From NCBI RefSeq assembly GCF_030028105.1, contig NC_092375.1, forward strand, positions 54,349,130 through 54,413,129: 64,000 nt of DNA. The letters are read 5' to 3'. Of this stretch, positions 35,082-46,548 are shown one piece after another (positions within the stretch are counted from its first letter, which is position 1; each line of letters begins with the position of its first letter). The DNA is from Mobula birostris (lineage: Eukaryota). Below the pieces are notes generated by a model that ran no database searches, was not told the DNA's origin, and saw nothing but the letters and a program-made list of their open reading frames with translations. A program made the translations under genes and the position numbers.

Positions 35082-35399
35082 AAAAGGGGAATAACTTTGT
35101 GTTCATGAGTTTGTGGACTGTTCAGAGACCTGATTGACATTCCCATTGACACCCAATATACTTTATTCACATTGTTTAGCTGTTACATGGTAGTATAATA
35201 AATTTTCCAGTGAGTTTTTGAGTTTCTAGGGAGCATGGGAAACTGAGTGGTAGTTCAAAGGGAGCACAGGAGATAGGATACTGGTAGATTTAAAGGAATC
35301 ATGGGAAATGGGTCCCTGGGTAAATTTAAAGGAAGTGTGGGAAACAGCAGGTTATTGGAGTTCTACTCTAACACAATAGCATGGAGCATCGCACAGGTG

Positions 35400-38330
35400 T
35401 GGTAGAATACCCACAATATCTCTCCAAATTCCTCTCCCAGTTGAAGATGAAGAGAGATTTTACAGAGCTAGGTAGAAAGCAGGACCTCCTGGGCAGTAAT
35501 CTCTGAATTGCTGCCTGTGTCATGCACCAGTGAGGGTAATAATAGGACGATTTGGCAGATGAATGTGTGGCTGAGGAATTAGTGCAGAGGCAGAGGTTCA
35601 GATTTCTGGGTCATTGGGAAGGTATAAGCTGTCAAAAGGGATGGGTTACACCTGAACCTGAGGGGGATCAATGTCCTTCCAGGAGGATTTAAACTAATTT
35701 GACAGGGGATAGGAACCAGGGTAATAGGGCTGAGGATGGGGTGGTTGGTTTACTAACAGAGGCGGTATGTAGTGAGACTGCTCGGTAGGACAGGCTGATG
35801 ATAGGGCAAAATTGCAATAGATGGAATGAGTTGCAATGTAAAAATGTGACAAAATCAAGAAGGGTGTTGAATACAGGACTGAAGGTGTTATATTTGAATG
35901 CATGCTGTATACAGAATAAGGTAGATGAACTTCCAGCACAGTTTTAGATTGAAGTGTATGACATTGTGGGCATTACTGAATTGTGGCTGAAAGAAGATTA
36001 TAGCTGGGAGCTTAAAGTCCAAGAATACACAATGTATTGAAAGGATAGACAGGTAGGCAGAGGGGGTGGTGTGGCTCAGATGATTAAAAAAATAGAAATC
36101 AAATCGTTAGGAAGAAGTGACATAGGATCAGAAAGTGTAGAATCATTGTGAGTAGAGTTAAGAATCTGCAAAGGTAAACAGAACCTGATGGAAGTTATAC
36201 ACAGACAACCAAACAGTAGCAAATATGTGGTCTACAAGTTACAATGGGAGATAGAAAATGCATGTCAAAAGGGCAATGTTACAATAGTCATGGGGGATTT
36301 CAATATGCAGGTAAATTGAAGATATCAGGTCGATGCTGGATCCTAAGAGGGGTGACTTGTCGAATGCCTACAAGGCGGCTTTTCAGAGCAGCTCATGGTT
36401 CATCCCACTAGGGGACCAGCTGTTCTGGATTGGGCATTGTGCTATGAACCAGAATTCATTAGAGTGCTTAAGGTAAAGGAACCCTTAGGAGACAGTGATC
36501 ATAATATGATAGAATTCACCCTGCAATTTAAGAAGGAGAAGCAAAAGTCAGATGTATCAGAATTAAAGTGGAGTAAAGGGAATTACAAAGGCATGTGAGA
36601 GGAGCTGGCCAAAATTGATTGGAAGGGAACACTAACAGGGATGATGGCAGAGCAGCAATGGCTGGAATTTCTAGGAGCAATTCAAAAGGCACAAGATGGA
36701 TACATCCCAAAGAAAGAAGTATTCTGTAGGCACAATGATGCATCCATGGCCGACAAGAGAAGTCAAAGCTATCATAAAAGCCAAAGAGAGAGCATGACAT
36801 AGAGCAAAAATTAGTCAGAAGTTTGAGGATTGGGAAACCTTTAAAAACAACAGAAGGCAGCTAAGAAAGTCATAAAGAAGGTAGAGATGAAATACAATGG
36901 CAAGCTAGCCAACAAAATTAAAGGGGAAGCCAAAGGCTTCTTCAGATACAGTAGATAAAGTGTAAAAGAGAGGTGAGAGTAGTTATCAACTTCTGGAAAA
37001 TTATGCTGGAGAGGTAGTAAAGGAGGAGAAGGAAATTAAAGATAAACTGAATAAGTATTTTGCATCAGTCTTCTCTTTTGAAGACACAAGCAGTATGCTG
37101 GAAGTGCGAGAGTGTCGGGGAGGCAGAGGTGAGTGAAGTTGCCATTACTAGGAAGAAGGTGCTTGGGAAACTGGAAGTTCTGAAATTTGGTAAGTCTTTT
37201 GGACCAGATGGTCTACATCCCAGGGTTCAGAAGACGAGGCTAAAGAGAACATGAAGGCATTAGTAATAATCTTTCAAGAATCTCTAAATTCTGGCATGGT
37301 TCCAGAGGACTGGAAAATTACAATTGTCATTCCACTCTTCAAGAAGGGAGAGAGGCAGAAGAAAGGAAATTATAGTCCAGTTAGTCTGATCTCAGTGGCT
37401 GGAAAGTTATTGGAGTCTATTGTTAAGGATGTGGTTTCAGGGTATATGAAAGCACATACTAAAATAGGCTGAAGTCAGCATGGTTTCCTAAGAGAAAATA
37501 TTGCCTGAAAAATCCATCTAAATTCTTTGAAGAAATAACAAGCAGGATAGACAAAGGATGTTGTGGACCTGGATTTTCAGAAGCCCTTTGACAAAATGCA
37601 ACACAAGAGGATGCTTAACAAGTTAAAAACCTCTGGCATTATAGGAAAGATACTAGCATGAACAGAACATTGGCTGATGGGCAGGAGGCAAAGTTTGAGA
37701 ATAAAGGGAACCTTTTCTGGATGGCTGATAGTGACTAGAGGTATTCCACAGTGTTGGGACCACTTCTTTTCGCATTATATGTCCATGGTTTGGGTGATGG
37801 AATTGATGGCTTGGTGGCCAAGTTTGTGGACAATAGAAAGATAGGTGGAGGGACAGTTAGAATTGAGGAAGCAGAGAGACTACAGAAGGACTTAGATTAG
37901 GAGAATGGGCAAAGAAGTGGCAGATGGAGTGTACTGCCGTGCACTTTGGCATCTGAGGTGCAAAGGGACTTGGGAGTTTTCATGCAAGATTCCCTAAAGA
38001 TTAGGAAGATCAAACCTGCAGATTGAGTCAGTGGTGAGGAAGGCATATGGAATGTTAGCATTCACTTTAAGAGGACTAGAATATAAAAGTGAGGATGTAA
38101 TGTTGAGGTTTTATAAAGGACTGTTGAGGCTTGACTTGGAGTATTGTGAGCAGTTTTGGGCCCATTATCTAAGAAAAGATGTGCTGACATTGGAGAGGGT
38201 TTAAAGAAAGTTCACAAAATGATTCTGGGCTTATCATATGAGGAGTGCTTGATGGCTCTGGGCCTTTACTCAGTAGAGTTCTGTAGAATGAATGAGGATC
38301 TCGTTGAAACCTATCATTCTTACCTTTGGT
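35400..38330 (+). mobile_element. Near full-length but decayed CR1 (ORF1 end plus ORF2)
   Basis: Esterase-like ORF1 end; endonuclease (VMGDFNM; PTRGPAVLDW; LGDSDHNMIEF); RT (MVPEDWKI..PLFKKG..GNYSPVSL). Confidence 0.85.
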
Positions 38331-38789
38331 CCCATTGTTCTTGAGATGCTGGCTTAGGTTGAACTTTGCTTCTGTGCTCCATTCTTTATCTTCTGTCTTC
38401 ATTCCCCCAAAACCAACACCTCCTTTGAGAAGTTAATGAGAAACATGGATAGGCATCATATTATTCATGTAGATTTTCAGGAATTGCATTTTAAGGTGAC
38501 TGTGTGAAAATTCAAAGGAGGTGTGCTCATTGTCACATTCTTAAGTGAGACAGTGAGCAGCCGGACGTTGTGGTCCACTTCAATACCAATGACATAGGTA
38601 GGAAGGGTGATGAGGTCCTGTAAAGTGATTCAGGGAGTTATGTGCTGAGTGAAATGGTAGGACTTCAAGAGTTGTGATCTCAGGATTGCTATCCATGCCA
38701 TGTGCTAGTGAGGTCAGAAATAGGATGATCACTGGAGATGATGCAGGAGGGAGGGCTTCAGATTTTTGAATCATCGGGCACTCTTCCAG

Positions 38790-39600
38790 GGAAGGTGGGA
38801 AAAATGGTAGATGGAATTTAAATTAGACAAGTGTGAGGTAATTTGGGAAGAAAAATCAGGGTAGGACCAGGGTACCACAGTGGGTGGTAGGGCACTGAGG
38901 AGTGCGGTAGAACAAAGGGGTCTGGGAATACTGATCCATAATTCTTTGAAAATAGGGTAGATAGGGTCATAAAGAAATTTCTTGGCATGTTGACTTTCAT
39001 AAATCAGATTGTTGAGTACAGGAGATGGGATGTTATGTTGAAGTTGTATAAGACATTGGTGAGGCCCAGTTTGGAGTATTGTGTGCAGTATTGGTCACCT
39101 ACCTACAGGAAAGATCGAAAGAGTGCAGAGAAAATTTAGAAAGCTGTTGCCAGGACTTGAGGACCTCAGTTATAAGGAAAGGTTGAATAGGTTAGAACTT
39201 TATTCCCTAGGGTGTAAAAGAATGAGAAGAGATTTGATACAGATATGCAAAATTTTGAGGGGTATAGATAGGGTAACTGAAAGCAGATTGGGTGTGCTTG
39301 GGTGCAGCTGGGTGAGACTAGAATTTGAGGTAATGGGTTAAAGGTGAAAGGTGAAATGTTTAAAGAGAACATGAGGGGGAGCTCCTACACTCAGAGGGTA
39401 GTGACAGTGTGGAATAAGCTGCCAGTGGAATTGGTGGACGTGAGTTTGATTTCAACATTTAAGAGTACTTTGGATAGGTACTTGGATGGGAGGGGTATCG
39501 AGGGCAATGATCTAGGCTGATACGACTCAGCAAAGTAATAGTTCGGCATGGACTAGATATGCCAAAGAGTCTATTTCTGTGCTGGAGTGCTCTATGAATC
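38790..39600 (+). mobile_element. CR1 3' fragment
   Basis: LYKTLVRPSLEYCVQYWSP; ERVQRKF; WNKLP motif. Confidence 0.8.
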
Positions 39601-41589
39601 TATGAGCAGGGAAGTTTATCGTTATCCAGGGTGGCGGGTTGCTGGAAAATGCTGCCCAGAGTGATGGTAGAGGCAGAGAAAAGAGGGACATGGATCATGA
39701 GCAGAAAAGAAGAGATTAGTTTAATTCAGTAACTTTAGCTTAATTAGTTTAGCGCAACATTGTGTGAAAGCCCTTTTTCTGTGTTCTAATTAGGACGTGG
39801 TTGTATGTTGAGCATGATTAGTTATTATCCCGCATCTTTGCTACCTGCTCCAGAACAGTGGAGAAACTCTGCATGACGGGGTGGGAAACACTAATGAGAA
39901 AACTTGCAAAGCCCTGCAAGATATGGTTAGGAAGATGAGTCAGGTTTGGAGCTTGGTGTGACTCATCGGTGGGCTACACTACCTGTTTCCCAGGGACTAA
40001 TCCTATCAGATGTGACAGTTGATGCACACAGGCCAACCGCGAAGGAAGTCATTCAAGCAGGCCAGGCATGTTTTGGATTATACTTTACGTTATTTGGAAT
40101 TTCATAAAAGAGAAGTACAAGGCATGTTTTACCCATGGATCAGCACTTTTTATTATTCATGTGCGACACACACAAAAGTACTGACTGCACTGGTCAGTGC
40201 AAGTGACGTGCTACTCTGCAGTAGCACCCAGTGCTGAGTCAGGGGGGCTCCAGGTCAGCCTGAGAATAGGGATCATATCTGACACAAACCCTTTCAGTTG
40301 TAGTGCTGGTCCTGGAATGCACCTGAACATTACTGTATGCTGGAACAAATCTAAAGTAAAATACTATGAGTGTCACCTCGGCCAATTAATTCCACTGAGA
40401 CCCCCCAAAAAATAGTCTTGAAAAAAGCAACTTGAAAAGGAAATACAAATGAAATGCAAGCTAAGGTGTGTTGAGGAAAGATTATTTAAAATAATGATTT
40501 CAGAATGGAATAATTATTGAGACTTATAGACGAATCAATGTGCACAAGCTTGATGTTCAAAAGCATAGGGTAATGTACAGAAGGCATGCTCTAAATATTG
40601 ATGTCGCTGCTCCCAGGAGGGTCTACTTTTAACCTGCATGAGTACAGAAGAAATAAAATGAATATTCTATGTGACATCAGGAGTTTCCTCTGCTGCTCCT
40701 TAAAATCATGGCAGATCACATATATCATCCCATATTCTGCCCACTTCCCATCTTGCCTGATTCTATTACCGTCCAGAAATTCTTCAGTCTCAAGTTTTAA
40801 CTAGATATATGTTCTGGGCTTCCACAGCCTTTGAAGAGGGTATTGCAAAGATTTATAACTTCTCATACCCAAGTTGCTAACCTCTTATCACAGCATAGAT
40901 ATGTACAGCACAGAAATAGCCCTCTGGTTTTCATGTCAATGCTGATATTTTTCCATGTCAACACATTTGCGCACAATAGCCTTGAATCTTTTGATGCCTT
41001 GCATATTTAATTACCTGCCTAAATATCACTTAAATGTAGTGATTATATCTGATTCCACCACTTTCCCTGGCAGCACCTTCCAAATCTGCATGCTGTAACA
41101 AAAAAGACGCCCTCCTCAAATCCCCTTTAACACCCCTTCCCCTCACCTGAAAGCTATGTCCTCTTATTATTGTCTACTACTGTGGGGAAGATACCTTAAC
41201 TATCTATCCTATCCATGTCTCTTGTAAATGTATTCCTTTATCAGATCATCTCCACAGCATCATTTCTGCAAGAAAAATGGGTCCAGTCTATCAAATAGTT
41301 CCACATAACCAAAGCCCTCTTGACCTAGGCAGCTTCCTAGTGAATTTCTTTCATGCTCTCTCCAAAGCAACCACATCCTTCTTATACTGTAGCAACCAGA
41401 ACTGCACATGGTGCTGCAGTGCAGTCTAACAGCGTTTAGTCAAGTTGCACAAATTCTGAGACTATGCTCCTTAGTTCTAGACTTCCTGGTCCAAGGAAAC
41501 AGCCTCTCAGAATTTATCCTTATCCTGCCCCCAGGTCAATGAGGACACCTTTCATTCTTCTAAACTCCGGGACAGCGGTCCTTCCTACT

Positions 41590-42230
41590 CACCGTGTCCT
41601 TGTTGGGCAAACCATAAATACAAGAGATTCTGCAGATGCCAAGAATCTTAAGCAACACACAAAAATGTTGGTTGAACCCAGAAAGTCAGGCAGCAGATAT
41701 GACAGAATGAATAGTCAGCGTTTCAGGATGCGAACGGAAATGAGCATGCACCAGAATAAGAAGGTGGGGGAGATGAAGGATTATGGGCTGTCAGGTGATA
41801 GGTGAGACCAGGTGAGGGGAAAAGTGGGTGCGTGGTTGAGAGGGGTGAGAAGCTGGAAGGTGATTGGTGGAAGAGGTAACGGGCTAAAGAGGAAGGAATT
41901 TAATAGGAGAGAACAGTGGACCATCGAAGAGGGAGATCAGATGTTGTGATGGGCAGGTAGGATGGGAGAAGAGGAGAAAGGGTAACTAAATGGGGAATCA
42001 GAATGAGGAAAGGGAAGGAGAGAAGTGGGAAGGGTGGAGAAATTACAGGAAATTAGAGAAATCAATGTTCATGCCATCAGTTTGGAGGCTACCCAGGCAG
42101 AATATGAGGTGTTGTCCCTCTTACCTGAGAGTAGCTTCATTGTGGCAGCAGAGAAGGCCATGGACAGACATGATTGATCAGAAGTGGGAAGTCCAATTGA
42201 ATGGGCAGCCAATGGGAGATCCTGTCTCTT
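41590..42230 (-). mobile_element. Penelope-like 3' fragment
   Basis: Decayed terminus and GIY-YIG C-terminal remnant matching 58071-58560. Confidence 0.7.
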
Positions 42231-42900
42231 CCACTTATCCCCTCCCAACTTCTTAATTCATTCCCCCTCCCCCCCCAGCCACCTATCTTCCCCTCACCTA
42301 TCACCTGACATCTTGTACCCCTTCCCCTTATTGAAGAAACTGTTCATCCCAGTGAGCAATCTAGCTTTATTTTGATTCCAAAGCAGGTATATCCTCTCTT
42401 ATCAATGGAGACCTAAACTCCCAGCAAAACAGATGCAGCTTGTACAATTGTAGCAAGGCTTTTGCAATTTTATATTCAATTTCCCTTGCAACAAATACCA
42501 GCTTACCATGTGCCTTCTGCACAGCAGGGACTCTCTCTGCTGCTCATGTGCCATCATGTCCAGATCCCTTTATGCACCAACACCTGCTAATTTCTCACTG
42601 GTCAAAACATTGCTTGTCTATTTTTCACGCTGAAGTGAACAACTTCACATTGTTTATTTAGCTGTCATCTTCTTGCCTCTTTGCTTAAGTGTTGGTACCT
42701 TTGCATACTTCTTACAACTGTCCCCCCACACCCCCCCCCCCAGCAAATCAAAGCGTTACAACACAGGTAATCTGACATTTCAAATGTGCAGCTCTGATGT
42801 CAGATTCAACTAGTTTTCTTGATCTTGTGTGCTCCCCAATACCCCTTCAGTTTGTCACGAATCTTTACCACCACCTTTAACCTAGCGCCACTATCATAAG

Positions 42901-45230
42901 ACCAAGACCATAAGACAAAGGAGCAGAAGTTGGCCATTCGGCCCATCGAGTCTGCTCCACCATTTTATCATGAACTGATCTATTCTCCCATTTAGTCCCA
43001 CTCCCCCACCTTCTCACCATAACCTTTGATGCCCTGGCTACTCAGATACCTATCAATCTCTGCCTTAAATACACCCAATGACTTGGCCTCCACTGCCGCC
43101 CGTGGCAAAAAATTCCATAGATTCACCACCCTCTGGCTAAAAAAATTTCTTCGCAATTCTGTTCTGAATGGGCACCCTTCAATCCTTAAGTCATGCCCTC
43201 TCGTACTAGACTCCCCCATCACGGGAAACAACTTTGCCACATCCACTCTGTCCATGCCTTTCAACATTCGAAATGTTTCGATGAGGCCTCCCCTCATTCT
43301 TCTAAACTCCAAGGAATACAGTCCAAGAGCGGACAAACGTTCCTCATATGTTAACCCTCTCATTCCCAGAATCATTCTAGTGAATCTTCTCTGTACCCTC
43401 TCCAGTGTTAGCACATCTTTTCTTAAATCCTCCAAAAAACAGAGTCCATCTCTGCAATCATGCTGCTGCTGTTAGTGGCTAAAGGGATCAGCGGGTATGG
43501 AGGGAAGGCTGGTACAGGGTTCTGAGATGGATTATCAACCATGATCATACTGAATGGCGGTGCAGGCTCGAAGGGCCGAATGGCCTACTCCTGCACCTAT
43601 TTTCTATGTTTCTATGTTTCTATAAGGAGACGAAAACTGCCCACAATACTCCAAGTGAGGTCTCACCAGCGCCTTATAGAGCCTCAATATCACATCCCTG
43701 CTCCTATACTCTATTCCTCTAGAAATGAATGCCAAGATTGCATTCACCTTCTTCACCACCGACTCAACCTGGAGGTTAACCTTAAGGGTATCCTGTATGA
43801 GGACTCCCAAGTCCCGTTGCATCTCAGAACTTTGAATTCTCTCCCCATTTAAAAAATAGTCTGCCCGTTTATTTCTTCTGCCAAAGTGCATAACCATACA
43901 CTTTCCAACATTGTATTTCATTTGCCACTTCTTTGCCCGATCTTCCAATCTATCCAAGTCTCTCTGCAGACTATCTGTTTCCTCAGCACTACCGGTCCCT
44001 CCACCTATCTTCGTATCATCAGCAAACTTAGCCACAAAGCCATCTATTCCGTAATCCAAATTGTTGATGTACAATGTAAAAAGAAGCGGCCCCAACACAG
44101 ACCCCTGTGGACCACCACTGGTAACCAGCAGGCAACCAGAATAGGATCCCTTTATTCCCACTCTCTGTTTCCTGCCAATCAGCCAATGTTCTATCCACAT
44201 ATGTAACTTTCCCGTAATTCCATGGGCTCTTATCTTATTAAGTAGCCTCATGTGTGGCACCTTGTCAAAGGCCTTCTGAAAATCCAAATATACAACATCT
44301 ACTGCACCTCCCTTGTCTAGCCTACTGGTAATTTCCTCAAGAAATTGTAATAGGTTTGTCTGGCAGGATTTTCCTTTAAGGAATCCATGGTGAGTTCTGC
44401 CTATCTTGTCATATGCCTCCAGGTACTCTGTAACCTCATCCTTGACAATCGGCTCCAACAACTTCCCAACCACCGATGTCAAGCTAACAGGTCTATAATT
44501 TCCTTTTTGCTTCCTTGCCCCCTTCTTAAATAGCGGAGTGAGATTTGCAATCTTCCGGTCCTCCAGAACCATGCCAGAATCTATTGACTTTTGAAAGATC
44601 ATTGCTAATGCCTCTGCAATCTCCACAGCTACTTCCTTCAGAACATGAGTGTGCATTCCATCTGGTTCGGGAGATTTATCTACCCTTAGACTATTCAGCT
44701 TCCTGAGTAGTTTCTCTGTCCTAATTGTGACCGCGCACACTTCCCTTCCCTGCCACCCTTGAGTGTCCAGTATACTGCTGATGTCTTCCTCAGTGAAGAT
44801 TGATGCAACATACTCGTTCAGTTCCCCTGCCATCTCCTTATGTCCCATTACAATTTCTCCAGCATCATTTTCTATCAGTCCTATACCTACTCTCACCTGT
44901 CTTTTACTCTTTATATACTTGAAAAAGCTTTTAGTATCCTCTTTGATATTATTTGCTAGCTTCCTTTCATAGTTAATCTTTTCCCTCTTAATGACCTTCT
45001 TAGTTTCCTTCTGTAAGCTTTTAAAAACTTCCCAATCCTCTGTCTTCCCACTAATTTTTGCCTCCTTGTATGCCCTCTCCTTTGCTTTAACTTTGGCTTT
45101 GACTTCTCTTGTCAGCCACGGTTGCATTCTTTTCCCATTCGAAAATTTCTTCTTTTTTGGAATATACCTGTCTTGCACCTTCCTCACTTCTCGCATAAAC
45201 TCCAGCCACTGCTGCTCTGCGTCCTTCCCG
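42901..45230 (-). mobile_element. Young 5'-truncated CR1 with an open RT frame
   Basis: ORF 43604-45196 (530 aa: NYRPVSLTSVVGK, VVYLDFQKAFDKV, PQGSVLGP, FADDTK) continues in 42992-43435; split by a plus-strand CR1 tail insert at about 43428-43623. Confidence 0.92.
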
Positions 45231-45566
45231 CCAGTTCATCGTTCCGCTTTTCCTAGCTTCCACCTTAACACAGATTGCTCTATCCTTTGTACTGTCCTCC
45301 CCACTCCCCCCCCCCCCCATCTGTTCTCTGGACCCTAATACTTGTGTATTATTCCCTTCTCCAATGAAAGGCCACCAATCTGAAACATTAAACTGCGTTT
45401 CTATCTCCACAAATACTAATTGACTAGCTGGGCATTTCCAGCGTCATCTGCTTTAGTATTTTGTTTTTCCCCCAATAGCTTTATTTTATTAAAATAATGA
45501 AACAGTTATGTTTATTAATCATCTAAAGAGTCTAACAGCACACATCGACTGTCGGGACAAACTCAC

Positions 45567-45911
45567 TGAACACGTTCACTTCGGTCTTCTGGGTGAACTC
45601 TTCTCCATTCTGACCCGTGACAGTGCAGTAATATGTCCCAGAATCGTTTATCTGCATATTTCTGAGGGAGAGTGAGCCGTTCGGGTACAAAAAAGCCCGG
45701 TGTGAGTAGTTGAAGAGATAAGTACTCGAACTGCCTGCATCTGATATCAACTTGCCGACGTGGCGCGAAGTTATCCCATTGAAATACTTCCATTCCACTG
45801 TCTGTATCTGTTCAGAAATGCCAGTGACTGGTACTGGCAGGAATATACTCCCAGTGACTGTTCCATTTAAAACGTTAGAGCTCGTTTCGATGATTGCCAC
45901 TTGCATTACAA
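45567..45911 (-). CDS. IgV-domain exon (CD2/SLAM/CEACAM-like V-set) of a single-pass receptor
   Basis: tatttacag|TT acceptor and TTCA|gtgagt donor; 345 nt, phase 1-1; motifs VLNGTVTGSIFLP, VEWKY, RAFLYPNGSLSLRNMQINDSGTYYCTV, TEVNV. Confidence 0.93.
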
Positions 45912-46012
45912 CTGTAAATAAACGGGCACAGGAATAAAAAAAACTGATTAATATCCCAACCGAGTATGGAAAAAAAAAGACAACGGTGACCAGTGTATCG
46001 GCCATGGGTTAC

Positions 46013-46067
46013 CTTGTAGCCAACAACTGCAGAACGTCATCATCGTGGACTTTCCGGACCACTCCAT
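46013..46067 (-). CDS. Signal-peptide exon of the IgV receptor gene
   Basis: acgATGG Kozak context; MEWSGKSTMMTFCSCWLQ + G|gtaacc donor (phase 1); a 101-nt intron joins it in frame to the IgV exon. Confidence 0.8.
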
Positions 46068-46443
46068 CGTTGAGCCTCAGTACCCTCAATTCGTCGCGTC
46101 AATACAGCTGGTTCAGTCCCGTAGCATCAGCAAGTGATTCACGCCTCTGCTCAGGTAAAAGAAAGAGCGAATCATGAAACTTAAATGTCAGTCTGCAAGG
46201 AAAATATTAAAGACTTAGTCAGCGATTGCATGGAAGGCAATCAGATTGCAATATCGGTCCCACGGGGAAGCAAGCCTGGATAATAGTCAGCGTAGTGGTG
46301 GTGGATTTAGATTTAATTCAATGAGTGGAATACAATTGCATCGGAGCGTCGGGACTCGGCAGAAATGCAGCCGAATCTCTAAATTCGGCCCTCCACATCT
46401 GGGGTTAAAAAATTGGGGTGGCGAATTCTGAAAGAACTTCACA

Positions 46444-46548
46444 AACAAGAGTTCTGATGAAGGGTCTCGACCCGAAATGTCGACTGTTTACTCTTTTCCA
46501 TAGGTGTTGCCTGGCCTACTAAGTTCCTCCAGCATTTTGTTTGTGTTG
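46444..46548 (+). mobile_element. 105-bp Penelope-terminus insertion
   Basis: Exact 17-bp TSD TCTGAAAGAACTTCACA (46427-46443, 46549-46565); ends ..AGTTCCTCCAGCATTTTGTtTGTGTTG. Confidence 0.85.

Noticed and set aside
34000-45566. A second (C2-set) Ig exon between V and TM
   Set aside because: Non-repeat stretches at about 35090-35400 and 39600-41500 showed no Ig-like frame with splice sites by eye; a short or divergent exon cannot be fully excluded.
45532-46005. ORF-track 157-aa protein as a single-exon gene
   Set aside because: Its N-terminal MADTLVTVVFFF segment is intron 1 and its end runs through a GTGAGT donor; the spliced model fits better.
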